Origin: Microbacteriaceae bacterium
GTDB lineage: Bacteria > Actinomycetota > Actinomycetes > Actinomycetales > Microbacteriaceae
DNA: 64,000 bases
Assembly (NCBI GenBank): GCA_024639935.1
Contig: JAHEFZ010000009.1
Span: 3,894-67,893, forward strand
Reading direction: 5' to 3'
In this document: piece after piece, positions 27,904 to 38,015 of the stretch
Layout of the letters: every line of letters starts with the position of its first letter
How positions within the stretch are numbered: position 1 is the stretch's first letter
The notes under the pieces: generated by a model
Told to the model about the DNA's origin: nothing
What the model saw: only the letters and a program-made list of their open reading frames with translations
The model's database searches: none
Translations under genes and position numbers: made by a program

Positions 27904-30372
27904 TCATGATTCACCGCCCGTCGATGCTGCTCCGCCGAAGCCGAAGCCTCGTCGAGGTGCGCCCGCCGCAACGGGTTCCGCTGCGAGTGACGGAGCGCCA
28001 GCGCTAGCGCCGAAGCCCTTTTTATTGCCGTCGACAATTGACTCGGCCTTGTTGACCTTTACTGTCGACTGTTCCGCTGTGTGGCGCGGTTTCATGTGCA
28101 AGTAGTACGTCGTCTTGACGCCTCGGTTCCACGCGCCCATGTAGATGTCGACCATCTCGTCAATGTCGCGGGTTTCGAGGTACATGTTTCGGCTGATGGC
28201 CTGGTCGATCCACTTCTGTGCCCGACCCGCGACCTCGAGGAAGGAGGAGGGGTCGAGTTGGAAGCTCGTCTTGTAGACCGCCTTGATGTCGTCCGGAATT
28301 GAGGGGATGCTCTGGATGTCGCCCTGCGAACGAAGAATGTCCTCGCGAACTGATTCCCACAGACCGCGGTCGGAGAGAGCGTCAACCAGGTTGCGGTTGA
28401 CTTCGAGGAACTTGCCGCTAGAGGTAGAGCGCGAGAAGATCTGTGAGAACTGAGGGTCGAGACCGGGGGTCGTTCCCGCGACAAGACCAATGGAGGCGGT
28501 GGGAGCAATCGCCATGAGGGTTGCGTTGCGAATTCCGCCTTTGACCTTGGCGCGCAGCGCATCCCAGTCGAGGCGCGTGGTGCGCGAAATCTCGATAGCG
28601 ACTCCACGGTCCTTTTCGGCCAGATCAATCGAATCGAACGGTACGAGTCCCTGAGACCAGCGCGAACCCTCAAAGTGGTCGTACGCCCCGCGTTCGCGGG
28701 CAAGATTTGCCGACTCGTCGATGGCCGAGTAGGAAATGCGCTCCGTGATTTCGTCGATGAGCTCGTACGCGGCGTCGCTGTCATACGAGATGCCGAGTCG
28801 CTCGCAGATGTCGGCGAATCCCATGATGCCCAGTCCGACTGCGCGGTTTTCCTTGTTCGCCTTATCGGCTTCGTTCACCGAGGAACGCGTGATGTCGATG
28901 AGGTTGTCGAGCTGACGAACGGCCACACGGGCGCTCTCGTCCATCTTGACCCAGTCGATTTTTCCGGCGACGAGATGCGTCGAGAGGTTTATCGAGGCGA
29001 GATTACAGACCGAGACGTTTTCGGCGTCCTGCGGGAGGCAGATTTCGGTGCAGAGGTTCGACGAGTGAATCGTTCCGGTGTTGTTGTTGAGGGCACGAAG
29101 GTTGATCGTGTCTTTCCAGGTCAACCACGGGTGCGACGTGGACTGCAGAGAAATAAGGATCTGCTTGAATTGTTCGCGCGCCGAGATTTTTTTGAAAAGG
29201 TTCATCTCGCCGTTTTCGGCCATCGTGATGTATTCGGCGTAACGCTGTGAGAAGGCGGCACCATACAGTTCGTTGAGATCCATGACCTCGAGCGGGTCAA
29301 ACAGGTACCAGTCGCCGTCATTCTGAACGCGTTTCATAAACTCGTCCGAAATCCATACGGCGGTGTTCGCGGTACGCGTGCGGCGGTAGGGGTCGCCCGA
29401 GTTTTGGCGAAGGTCGAGGAACTCGGGGAAGTCGAGGTGCCAGTTCTCCATGTAGAAGCAGAGCGCACCGAATTTCTTGCCCCCTCGCGAGATCGCACGA
29501 AGTACCGAGTCGATGGTGTGCATGAACGGAATCGGACCCGTCGACACCGTGTTGTTCGACCGGATAGGCGATCCCTGTGCGCGGAGCTTGGTAACCGAGA
29601 GACCAATTCCACCCGTTCCCTTGGTGAGCCACATCACGTCACGAGTGGTTTTTGCGATGTGCTCGATGTCGTCCTGCATCTCGAGAACGAAACAGTTGGC
29701 GAGTTGCGGGTAGGACGTGCCCGCGTTGACAAGAGTCGAGCCCGCCGCCAAATACTCGAGCGTCGACATCTTGCTGTAGAAACGCAGTGCGACTTCCGTG
29801 GGGTTCGCTTCGTTGAGCGACAAGCCCATCGCAATTCGCATCCAGAAATATTGAGGAACCTCGAGCGGGTCGCCGTTGCGACCTTTGACGCCATATCGGT
29901 TGTTCAGAGTGACGACGCCGATGTACTTGAGCAGTTCGTCGTTCGCGGGTTCGAGAGCCGCCGCGAGGACGTCGAAATCGAACATTTCAGCCAGTCGTGA
30001 ATCGAGGAGGCCTTCGTCGACGCCGCGGCGAACATTTGCCTCGAAGTGTTCGGCGTGCAACTTCTTAAGTTCGTCCTTCGACGAGTAGTCTCCGAGGACG
30101 TTTTTATAAATAGTCTTCAGCAGAAGGCGGGCCGCAATCGTGTCGAATCCGGGATAGTCCTTCACGTTTTGGAGCGCAACCTGGATGACGGCCTCGTCAA
30201 GCTGCTGCGACGAGATGCCGTCGAACAATGTTAATTCGAGTTCGGTTCCAATCTGCGTGACCCACGCAAGCTTGTCGGGAAAGCCTTCGGCCGCATCTTC
30301 GATCGCGAGGTTGATTTTGTTCGCGTCGTAGTTCTCGCGAGTTCCGTCTCGCTTGACAACCGTGATGTTCAT
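27904..30372 (-). CDS. nrdA: class I ribonucleotide reductase large (alpha/R1) subunit with N-terminal ATP-cone
   Basis: 822 aa. The ATP-cone start (VVKRDGTRENYDANKI) is present. Catalytic blocks are SNLCTEI and the C-terminal region, and the tail is Gly/Ala-rich. Confidence 0.95.
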   Translation of the reverse strand: MNITVVKRDGTRENYDANKINLAIEDAAEGFPDKLAWVTQIGTELELTLFDGISSQQLDEAVIQVALQNVKDYPGFDTIAARLLLKTIYKNVLGDYSSKDELKKLHAEHFEANVRRGVDEGLLDSRLAEMFDFDVLAAALEPANDELLKYIGVVTLNNRYGVKGRNGDPLEVPQYFWMRIAMGLSLNEANPTEVALRFYSKMSTLEYLAAGSTLVNAGTSYPQLANCFVLEMQDDIEHIAKTTRDVMWLTKGTGGIGLSVTKLRAQGSPIRSNNTVSTGPIPFMHTIDSVLRAISRGGKKFGALCFYMENWHLDFPEFLDLRQNSGDPYRRTRTANTAVWISDEFMKRVQNDGDWYLFDPLEVMDLNELYGAAFSQRYAEYITMAENGEMNLFKKISAREQFKQILISLQSTSHPWLTWKDTINLRALNNNTGTIHSSNLCTEICLPQDAENVSVCNLASINLSTHLVAGKIDWVKMDESARVAVRQLDNLIDITRSSVNEADKANKENRAVGLGIMGFADICERLGISYDSDAAYELIDEITERISYSAIDESANLARERGAYDHFEGSRWSQGLVPFDSIDLAEKDRGVAIEISRTTRLDWDALRAKVKGGIRNATLMAIAPTASIGLVAGTTPGLDPQFSQIFSRSTSSGKFLEVNRNLVDALSDRGLWESVREDILRSQGDIQSIPSIPDDIKAVYKTSFQLDPSSFLEVAGRAQKWIDQAISRNMYLETRDIDEMVDIYMGAWNRGVKTTYYLHMKPRHTAEQSTVKVNKAESIVDGNKKGFGASAGAPSLAAEPVAAGAPRRGFGFGGAASTGGES

Positions 30373-30456
30373 CAGATTGCGTCCCTTCGTTGCCTGAAAT
30401 GTGCCGTTCGACGGCGAAAATACGTGACGTGAGTCGTGAAAGTGTCTGGACTGAAA

Positions 30457-30504
30457 ACACTACATCTATGTGTCAGCTTTGAGCAAGAACACCATATGTT
30501 GTGG
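30457..30504 (-). promoter_or_regulatory. two NrdR-box-like palindromes upstream of nrdA
   Basis: ACACTACATCTATGTGT (30457..30473) and ACACCATATGTTGTGG (30489..30504) resemble the NrdR box acaCwAtATaTwGtgt. Centres are about 31 bp apart, roughly three helical turns as in known tandem NrdR sites. They lie 85-130 nt upstream of the nrdA start. Box 1 has one extra central nucleotide. Confidence 0.55.
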
Positions 30505-30631
30505 CGTGTCGTGCACAATTGGGGATAACTTGTCCACGCTATCCACAGGCTATTGCGGACCTCGGACGCAGAAAAACTGCGCGAACGCTGAAATCAAAAG
30601 TGACCGGCTCATTGGGACCTAGGCTTGGCGT

Positions 30632-31804
30632 ATGAAGCGATACGGCCAGTTACTCAGCACGCCGGGGGTCATCCCCGTCGTGCTCGCGCAACTGTTAGCG
30701 CGCTTCCCCGGTGGAATGCTCACCATCGGACTACTCATCCACTTTCAAAAACAGACCGGAAACTTCACCGTGCCAGGGCTGACGCTTGCCGCACTGTCGA
30801 TAGGTCAAGCAATTTCGATTCCCGTCGCGTCCCGAATGATCAGCAAGTACGGTATTCGACCTGTGCTGGGCACACTCATCACCGTGTGCACCGGGGCGAC
30901 GCTCGTTGCGGCACTCGTGGTGCTCGACACAATTCCCACGATTCTGCTCGGTTTCGTGATCGGGGCTTCGCTTGCCCCCATCCAGCCCGCTGCCCGAGCT
31001 GTGTATCCGTCTCTGGTACCGAAAAGACAACTGCAATCCCTCCAAGCACTCGATGCGAGCGTCCAAGAACTCATCTGGATCACTGGCCCGGTCATCACAG
31101 TTTTTCTCGCCACGCAGATTAGCTCGACCGCCGCAATCCTGTCCACGATCGTGTTCGGCGCGGGAGGCGGTTTTTGGTTCCTCAGCCGCAAAGAAGTCGG
31201 GGCCGCACAACTCGAAAAATCTACCGGACGCCTCGGTTCTGTCCTCAAAAATCGCGCGGTCATCATCGGAATTCTCAGTGGATTTCTCGTCGTCGGATCC
31301 TTCGGTGCAATCGAGGCAGGGACTGTCGCAGCATTCGGCAGCGAGAAAAATTCCATCGCCGGCGTCGTTCTCGGTCTATGGGCGCTGTCGTCGCTCATCG
31401 CTGGACTTGTGATGGGGCACACCCCCATGGGCCCGTGGTCTTTGTCTCGGAGACTCGGGGTAGTCGCGATCGGAACTGGACTCGCGATGTTCACTGTGGA
31501 CCCCATTTTGCTGACCATCGCGCTTTTCATATCGGGGCTTGGCGTCGCCCCAGCGATGACCGTTCAATATGCGATCGCCACCGAATCAGTCGAGAAAGGC
31601 AACATTCCCGAAAGCCTTGGTTGGCTCGGAACCGGGTGGGTCGGCGGAGCCGCAATGGCGAGCGCCGTGGCCGGCGTCTCTATCGACACGTGGGGCGCTA
31701 CCGGCGGTTTTGTCATCGCCACCGCCTTTGCGGCACTGGCCACTCTCGTCCCCGCCCTGTTCGTGAAATCGCTACCTGATCTGCGGCACTTAGCAGCTCA
31801 CTGA
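30632..31804 (+). CDS. MFS transporter
   Basis: 390 aa, about 12 hydrophobic segments. Substrate unknown. Confidence 0.8.
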   Translation: MKRYGQLLSTPGVIPVVLAQLLARFPGGMLTIGLLIHFQKQTGNFTVPGLTLAALSIGQAISIPVASRMISKYGIRPVLGTLITVCTGATLVAALVVLDTIPTILLGFVIGASLAPIQPAARAVYPSLVPKRQLQSLQALDASVQELIWITGPVITVFLATQISSTAAILSTIVFGAGGGFWFLSRKEVGAAQLEKSTGRLGSVLKNRAVIIGILSGFLVVGSFGAIEAGTVAAFGSEKNSIAGVVLGLWALSSLIAGLVMGHTPMGPWSLSRRLGVVAIGTGLAMFTVDPILLTIALFISGLGVAPAMTVQYAIATESVEKGNIPESLGWLGTGWVGGAAMASAVAGVSIDTWGATGGFVIATAFAALATLVPALFVKSLPDLRHLAAH

Positions 31805-31899
31805 TTGAGAAATCCTTCGACAAAAGCACCCCGATTTCTTTGACCATTCTTGGGTTAAGCCTTCGCATGATTCTGATGAACAGGCGTAACATCGCGACC

Positions 31900-32778
31900 A
31901 TGAAGATAAAGACACTTGCCGCCGTCCTCGCGTTGTCGGCAGTCACCCTTTCTGGCTGCGCCTACTCGGGCGGCGAGGTTGCCGTTTCTGATGTGGTGGG
32001 ATATGACCCTGGTGCCCCTGCCGTCGACGGGAAGGCAACCGATCTCGGATCCGCCGCAGGCATTTCGTCGGTTCGGGACGAATCCATCATCACCACGGCG
32101 TATGCGTTTATCACCGGGGACGACCCCGCTGCCGTCGCCGACGCGGTGGAGAGTCGAAGCACGGCAGCGCAAGGCAAAATTGATGGCCGGTCGGCGTACA
32201 GCGACAACGATGGAAAGATTACGTCGGTTTCGCTGACCGTTCGTGTACCCGCCGCAGCGGTCGATTCATTTCTCGCCGGACTGGACGAAATCGGAACGGT
32301 TCACAGCCTCAGCCAAAACTCGACCGACATAACGCTCACGGTCACCGACTACGAAGCGCGCATCTCGGCGCTGGAGTCTTCGATCGCTCGATTCACCGCC
32401 CTGGAAAAATCGGCAAAGACGACGCAAGACCTCATCGAGATCGAGTCTGCGCTTGCGGACCGTCAGGCTCAGCTCGAGCAGTTGCAATCCGAAATGCGGT
32501 ACTACAGCGATCAAGTCGCGCTGTCGACAATCCAAATCGACATCGGACTTCCCGACAGCGCAACAGACCCCATTCCCGACGACTTCTGGGGCGGAATCGT
32601 CGCCGGTTGGTACGGGCTCCTCGCGTTCTTTGGAGGGACTCTCGTCGCAATCGGAATGACCATCCCCTGGCTACCCGTTGTCGCGGCAATCACCTGGCTT
32701 GGCTGGTGGTTGGTGCGTCGAGTTGCCGCCCGTCAAACAGCGAAGTCAGCCTCGACGAAAAAACCGGCGAAGCGCTAG
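31900..32778 (+). CDS. DUF4349-like lipoprotein
   Basis: MKIKTLAAVLALSAVTLSGC lipobox. Has a central coiled-coil (ARISALESSIARFTALEKSAKTTQDLIEIESALADRQAQLEQLQSEM) and a C-terminal TM pair, the layout I recall for DUF4349. Start trimmed from 31840. Confidence 0.7.
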   Translation: MKIKTLAAVLALSAVTLSGCAYSGGEVAVSDVVGYDPGAPAVDGKATDLGSAAGISSVRDESIITTAYAFITGDDPAAVADAVESRSTAAQGKIDGRSAYSDNDGKITSVSLTVRVPAAAVDSFLAGLDEIGTVHSLSQNSTDITLTVTDYEARISALESSIARFTALEKSAKTTQDLIEIESALADRQAQLEQLQSEMRYYSDQVALSTIQIDIGLPDSATDPIPDDFWGGIVAGWYGLLAFFGGTLVAIGMTIPWLPVVAAITWLGWWLVRRVAARQTAKSASTKKPAKR

Positions 32779-33929
32779 TCCTCAGCAAGCCAACGCAAAA
32801 CGGCGTTGGTGTGCTCTCCCAGAGTCGGTGGCGCGGTGTGGCTCGACGGAGTAACCTCCCTTACTCCGTCGAACCACCGCAAGGCGGGCCCCGGAATCTC
32901 GATAGTCCCCAGTGTTGAGTGGTCCACCGTCACGACGAGACCCTGTGACCGTGTCTGGTCCCACGAATAGACGTCGTCCATAGTTCGAACTTTGCCCGCG
33001 GGTACACCGGCGACGGTGAGGGCATCGAGAACCTCTTCGAGCTTCCACACCGAAAGTGCTCTGTTGAGAGCACTGGTGAGGTCGTCAACGAACGCGACTC
33101 GGCCCGCGTTGCTGTCAAATCGTGAGTCAGGTTCGAGCCCGAGAACGCGACAGAGGGAGTCCCAGTGCCCTTCCGTTCCGACCGCAATCTGAACGAGGGA
33201 GTCAGCGCAGTGGAACAAGCCGTATGGCGCCAGTGAGGGGTGGTGATTTCCGCGGGCGACACCTGTGACTCCCGCAACCGTCTGTGCGGTGCCTTGGTAA
33301 ACGTGGGCGCCGACCGTCGCGGCAAGGAGCGAAGTGCGAATGATCTGGCCTTTACCCGTCTTTTCGCGGTCGAAGAGTGCGGTGACAACGCCGAACGCTC
33401 CATTCATTCCGGCGAGAACGTCAGCGATGGGCACCCCTACGCGTTGCGGGTCATTGGGCGACGAGCCCGTGACCGACATGAGCCCAGCCTCGCCTTGCGC
33501 AATCTGGTCATAGCCGGGCCGGGTTGCCTCTGGGCCGTCGTGTCCGAAGCCCGTGATTGACAACAATATGACGCGAGGGTTGAGCTCTTGAATTCTCGCA
33601 TCATCAAAGCCCAGGCGGGCGAGTGTTCCCACCCGGAAGTTCTCGATGAGAACGTCTGCCCTCTGGATGAGCGAAGTGAGAGTCGAGGTTCCCTCGGTGG
33701 TTTTAAGGTCAAGGACGACGGATTCCTTATTTCGATTGATCGACAAGAAATAAGTCGATTCGCCGCCGACAAAGGGTGGGCCCCAACGCCGTGAATCGTC
33801 ACCGTCAGGTGATTCGACCTTGATGACGCGCGCGCCGAGGTCGCCCAGCATTTGCCCGGCCTGAGGTCCAGCGACAGCCCGTGACAAATCGACGACGACA
33901 ACGTCAGCGAGTGGACCACACGAATTCAC
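32775..33929 (-). CDS. family III CoA-transferase (CaiB/BaiF type)
   Basis: GPLADVVVVDLSRAVAGPQAGQMLGDLGARVIKVE N-terminus and ENFRVGT are typical of this family. Start set to the GTG at 33929, directly after the DedA stop (the track ATG at 33980 overlaps DedA). Confidence 0.88.
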   Translation of the reverse strand: MNSCGPLADVVVVDLSRAVAGPQAGQMLGDLGARVIKVESPDGDDSRRWGPPFVGGESTYFLSINRNKESVVLDLKTTEGTSTLTSLIQRADVLIENFRVGTLARLGFDDARIQELNPRVILLSITGFGHDGPEATRPGYDQIAQGEAGLMSVTGSSPNDPQRVGVPIADVLAGMNGAFGVVTALFDREKTGKGQIIRTSLLAATVGAHVYQGTAQTVAGVTGVARGNHHPSLAPYGLFHCADSLVQIAVGTEGHWDSLCRVLGLEPDSRFDSNAGRVAFVDDLTSALNRALSVWKLEEVLDALTVAGVPAGKVRTMDDVYSWDQTRSQGLVVTVDHSTLGTIEIPGPALRWFDGVREVTPSSHTAPPTLGEHTNAVLRWLAED

Positions 33930-33930
33930 G

Positions 33931-34572
33931 TCAAATCTCCTCGACAGCTTTGTTGGCACGCCATGCGCGGTATCCGGCAATCAGCGAGAGCAAAATCACA
34001 ACAGCGGCGATGGCGTATGCGGCGGATTTCACGCCGGGAATGAAATGGGCACCGTAGCCGGCGAGGGTCAGCCCGATCCCCCACAGGATTGCCCCGGTGG
34101 CGTTAGAGGTGAGGAAACGTTGATAATCCATCCGCCCGATCCCAGCGACCCACGGAATGAAAACGCGGCCGTAGGGCACGAACCGCGCGACGACGACCGA
34201 CCACCACCCGTAACGGGAGTACATCACTTCTACGCCCGCGACAATTTTGGCCATTCTTTTGCTCGTTCGCGCGTCGAGATATGGTCTGCCCAAATTTTGA
34301 CCCATCACAAAACCCAGTTGATCACCCATAAACGCGGCGATCCCCGTTCCCATTGCCAACACGAAAACATCGACCCCGACGATTGTGGCGGCGAGCAATC
34401 CTGATGCGAATAACAACGTATCGCCCGTGATAAAAGGGATGAAAGCACCAACGAACAGGCCCGTTCCGGCGAAAACCAAACCCCACACCACGAGGTAAAA
34501 GGCGACGACGCCGGCCGTCGTGATGGTGTCGTTAAACCAGGGCAGCAAATCCTGAGAGGCCGCCATGATCAT
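33931..34572 (-). CDS. DedA family membrane protein
   Basis: 213 aa. Has the FIPFITGDTLLFASG and ARFVPYGRVFIPWVAG motifs characteristic of DedA/SNARE-associated proteins. Confidence 0.85.
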   Translation of the reverse strand: MIMAASQDLLPWFNDTITTAGVVAFYLVVWGLVFAGTGLFVGAFIPFITGDTLLFASGLLAATIVGVDVFVLAMGTGIAAFMGDQLGFVMGQNLGRPYLDARTSKRMAKIVAGVEVMYSRYGWWSVVVARFVPYGRVFIPWVAGIGRMDYQRFLTSNATGAILWGIGLTLAGYGAHFIPGVKSAAYAIAAVVILLSLIAGYRAWRANKAVEEI

Positions 34573-34613
34573 GGTTCTACCGTACCTCGTGCGATGCGGG
34601 CGCGTCGTTCGCT

Positions 34614-35789
34614 CTAGTTCGTTCCGAACAGGTCGCGAGTGTAGAGCTTGTCGCCAAATCCCGACAATTCCGGCGCTGCGCGGTTTGCGACAATGACGTC
34701 GGAACGCACGGCAAAATCGTCGAAGTCTCTGACAAGTTCAACTTCCGCGAAAGTGTCGTCATCCAGATTCGGTTCGTAGACAATCACTTCGGCGCCGTGC
34801 GCGCGAAGTCTCTCAATGATTCCGATGATGCTCGATTCGCGAAAGTTGTCGCTACCGGCCTTCATGATAAGGCGGAAGACACCGACGGTCGTAGGTTTGC
34901 GGGCGAGGATGTCCGATGCGATGAAATCCTTACGTTGCTCGTTCGCCTCGACGACGGCGCGAATGGTACTTTGCGGCACATCGCGATAGTTGGCGAGAAG
35001 CTGTTTAGTGTCTTTCGGCAGGCAATAACCGCCATAGCCGAATGACGGGTTGTTATACCCGCCACCGATTCGCGGGTCGAGGCTGACTCCATCGATGACC
35101 GAACGAGCGTCCAGCCCGCGGACGGCCGCAAACGTGTCAAGCTCGTTGAAAAAGGCGACCCGAAGTGCGAGATACGTGTTGGCGAACAACTTGATTGCTT
35201 CCGCTTCCGTCGACTCGGTGAGCAAAACGGGCGGATTTTCATCGAGAGACGCGGCGGCGAGAAGATCCGCAAAAGACTGCCCCCGAGCGGAATCCTCACC
35301 GACGATGATGCGCGACGGGTACAGATTGTCGTGTAACGCTCGGCCTTCACGAAGAAACTCGGGCGAAAACACGATGTTGTCCGAACCGAACGCCGCACGA
35401 ACTCGCTCGGTGAACCCGACGGGCACCGTCGATTTTACAACGACGAGCGCCGACGGGTTGTGTTCGACGACAAGCCCGATCACCGACTCGACACTCGACG
35501 TATCGAACGTGTCGGCCGTCTGGTCATAATTTGTTGGAGTCGCGACGATAACGATGTCGGCCGCAGAAATCGCGGGTACCACGTCGGTCGTGGCCGTGAG
35601 ATTCAGTTTCTTGTCGGCAAAGAACGCCGAAATTTCCCCGTCATCAATCGGCGACACGCGATTGTTGACTTTGTCGACTTTTGATTCGTCCAGATCAATC
35701 GCGATGACCTCATTTTGCTGTGACAACAACACTGCGAGCGAAAGACCGACGTAGCCGATTCCGACGACGACGATGCGCTGGGAGGACAT
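34614..35789 (-). CDS. ugd: UDP-glucose 6-dehydrogenase / nucleotide-sugar dehydrogenase
   Basis: IVVVGIGYVGLSLAVLL Rossmann start and the catalytic-Cys block GYGGYCLPKD. Start trimmed to the ATG at 35789 (the track ORF runs to 36026). Confidence 0.88.
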   Translation of the reverse strand: MSSQRIVVVGIGYVGLSLAVLLSQQNEVIAIDLDESKVDKVNNRVSPIDDGEISAFFADKKLNLTATTDVVPAISAADIVIVATPTNYDQTADTFDTSSVESVIGLVVEHNPSALVVVKSTVPVGFTERVRAAFGSDNIVFSPEFLREGRALHDNLYPSRIIVGEDSARGQSFADLLAAASLDENPPVLLTESTEAEAIKLFANTYLALRVAFFNELDTFAAVRGLDARSVIDGVSLDPRIGGGYNNPSFGYGGYCLPKDTKQLLANYRDVPQSTIRAVVEANEQRKDFIASDILARKPTTVGVFRLIMKAGSDNFRESSIIGIIERLRAHGAEVIVYEPNLDDDTFAEVELVRDFDDFAVRSDVIVANRAAPELSGFGDKLYTRDLFGTN

Positions 35790-35872
35790 TCGGCAAGTAT
35801 ATCCAGCGGTCGCTAGCGGGAGCAGGCGGGATGCGACTAGTGTGACGAGGGGTTCTTGCGAAAGAGGTACAC

Positions 35873-37189
35873 ATGTCCGAACCAGTCCTTCCCGGCGATG
35901 CGACACTCCGTTCCACCGCGGAAGCGCTTGACACGGCCGATTCTCTCGCGCATTTTCGAGATCAGTTCTATATCGATGACGATGACGTCTGTTACGTGGA
36001 TGGGAACTCCCTCGGTCGACTTCCACTGGGAACGGTATCCGCCGTCGGCGAGTTTATGAACGACGAGTGGGGCGCCGAGGTGGTTGATGGCTGGTCTCAC
36101 TGGGTTGACGAGGCGGGCAGTGTTGGAGACGTGCTCGCAGCGGCCGCCTTGGGAACCGGCCCTGGTCAAACACTCGTGTGCGACACCACGAGTGTCAATC
36201 TTTACCAGCTGATCGGTGCCGCAATTCGTGCGAACTCGACCCGAAAGACAATCATCGTCGATTCCGCAAATTTCCCCACCGACCGATACATCGTCCAGGG
36301 GCTTGCTGAGGCGAATGGGATGACACTCGTCACGCTCGACAACGACGGGTCGGGCGGGCCTGGAGCCGTCGACATCGTCGCGCCGGACGAACGAATCACC
36401 GCGGCCGCACTCGAACCGTTCCTCACGGACGACGTGGCCGTGATCACCCTTCAAGCGGTGCAGTACCGTAGCGGAGCTCGTTCCGACATCAAGGCGATCA
36501 ATGATCTCGCACGCTCCCGCGGCATTTTTGTTGTCTGGGATTGCGCACACGCAATCGGGTCAATCGAGCTCGACTTCGACGCCAACGGTGTCGACCTTGC
36601 CGTAGGGTGCACCTATAAATACGGTAACAGTGGACCCGGCGCGCCCGCTTGGCTGTTTGTTCGCAAGGAACTCCAAGCCGTTTTCCAGCCTCCGATTCAA
36701 GGGTGGTTCGCTCAAGAGGATCAATTTGCGATGGGTCCGGTGTTTGCGCCGACCGCCACCATCCGCCGATTCCAAATTGCCTCACCGTCCATCATGGGAT
36801 TGCGATCGGTACGCGTCGCGTTTGACATGATCAGCGAAGCCGGTATTTCGGCGATCGCCCGAAAAGCCGAACTCGGTACCGAACTGATGATCCAGCTCGT
36901 GGAGAAGTGGCTAGTACCTCTCGGTTTCCGATTGGGAACACCGCGCGAGGCACTCCACCGCGGCGGGCACATCACCATTCACCATCCCGACGCCAAACAA
37001 ATTGCTCGAGCCATGCGCACGATTTCCAAGGTTATCCCAGACTTCCGGATGCCCGACGGAATTCGAATGGCGATGGCACCGCTTCCCACCTCGTTCGTCG
37101 AAGTCTGGGATGGACTGGCGCGAACTCGTGATTTGGTTGCGAGTGGCGCCTATCGAAACGTCACAAACGAAGGAAACCGCGTCACATGA
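35873..37189 (+). CDS. kynU: kynureninase
   Basis: 438 aa. N-terminal FRDQFYI...YVDGNSLG and the class-V aminotransferase fold, with the PLP-Lys region (GCTYKYGNSGPGAPA). ATGA overlap with the downstream TDO gene. Confidence 0.88.
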   Translation: MSEPVLPGDATLRSTAEALDTADSLAHFRDQFYIDDDDVCYVDGNSLGRLPLGTVSAVGEFMNDEWGAEVVDGWSHWVDEAGSVGDVLAAAALGTGPGQTLVCDTTSVNLYQLIGAAIRANSTRKTIIVDSANFPTDRYIVQGLAEANGMTLVTLDNDGSGGPGAVDIVAPDERITAAALEPFLTDDVAVITLQAVQYRSGARSDIKAINDLARSRGIFVVWDCAHAIGSIELDFDANGVDLAVGCTYKYGNSGPGAPAWLFVRKELQAVFQPPIQGWFAQEDQFAMGPVFAPTATIRRFQIASPSIMGLRSVRVAFDMISEAGISAIARKAELGTELMIQLVEKWLVPLGFRLGTPREALHRGGHITIHHPDAKQIARAMRTISKVIPDFRMPDGIRMAMAPLPTSFVEVWDGLARTRDLVASGAYRNVTNEGNRVT

Positions 37190-38004
37190 CTACTCAGGCC
37201 CTCACCTACACCCAATATCTCAAGATTGACGAGTTGCTGTCGCTCAATCAACCGCAGTCCGACGAACATGACGAACCACTGTTCATCGCGATTCACCAAG
37301 TTTACGAACTGTGGTTCAAGCAGATTCTGCACGAGTTCGCCGCCGCACAGCGTGCTCTCGAATTGGGCGACACCTTCGCATCCTTGGCAACCCTTGGCCG
37401 AATTCGGACGATCCTCAAAACGTGCGTGAGTCAGCTCGACATACTCGAAACGATGACCCCGTTGCAGTTCAATTCGTTTCGCGACAGATTGACATCGGGG
37501 TCCGGTTTTCAATCGGCTCAGTTCCGCGAGCTCGAGGCGGTTCTCGGCCGGCGGGATCATGCGGGGGCGAGTGCCCGTTCAGGGACGGGAATGGGCATGA
37601 GCGAACACCTCGTTCACGGGTCCCCCGCGCGTCAGCGCGTGGAAAACGCCATGGCGCGCCGTTCGGTTTGGGATTCTACGCTTCGTTACCTTGCCGTCCG
37701 TGATCACACAGTGCCCGCCGACGTTCTCGATCGTGACGCTTCTGCGCCATACAGTGGGGACGAACGAGTTCAAGAACTCTTGCTCGTCGTCCACCGCAAA
37801 GACCCCGAGGCTGGACTCGTGTGTGAGTCACTCGTCGACATCGACGAGGGGATGCAGGAGTGGAGATACCGTCACGTCAAGATGGTTGAACGCACAATCG
37901 GAAACAAGCCGGGAACGGGCGGTTCGAGCGGAGTCGGATATTTGCAGTCGACCTTGTTTCACTCCGTATTCCCCGATCTGTGGGCCATTCGCACTAAGTT
38001 CTAG
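37186..38004 (+). CDS. kynA: tryptophan 2,3-dioxygenase
   Basis: 272 aa. YTQYLKIDELLSLQ-type start, HQVYELWFKQILHE, SGFQSAQFRELE and HVKMVERTIG (haem His region) are diagnostic of bacterial TDO. Confidence 0.9.
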   Translation: MTTQALTYTQYLKIDELLSLNQPQSDEHDEPLFIAIHQVYELWFKQILHEFAAAQRALELGDTFASLATLGRIRTILKTCVSQLDILETMTPLQFNSFRDRLTSGSGFQSAQFRELEAVLGRRDHAGASARSGTGMGMSEHLVHGSPARQRVENAMARRSVWDSTLRYLAVRDHTVPADVLDRDASAPYSGDERVQELLLVVHRKDPEAGLVCESLVDIDEGMQEWRYRHVKMVERTIGNKPGTGGSSGVGYLQSTLFHSVFPDLWAIRTKF

Positions 38005-38015
38005 CCCCCGTCAAC

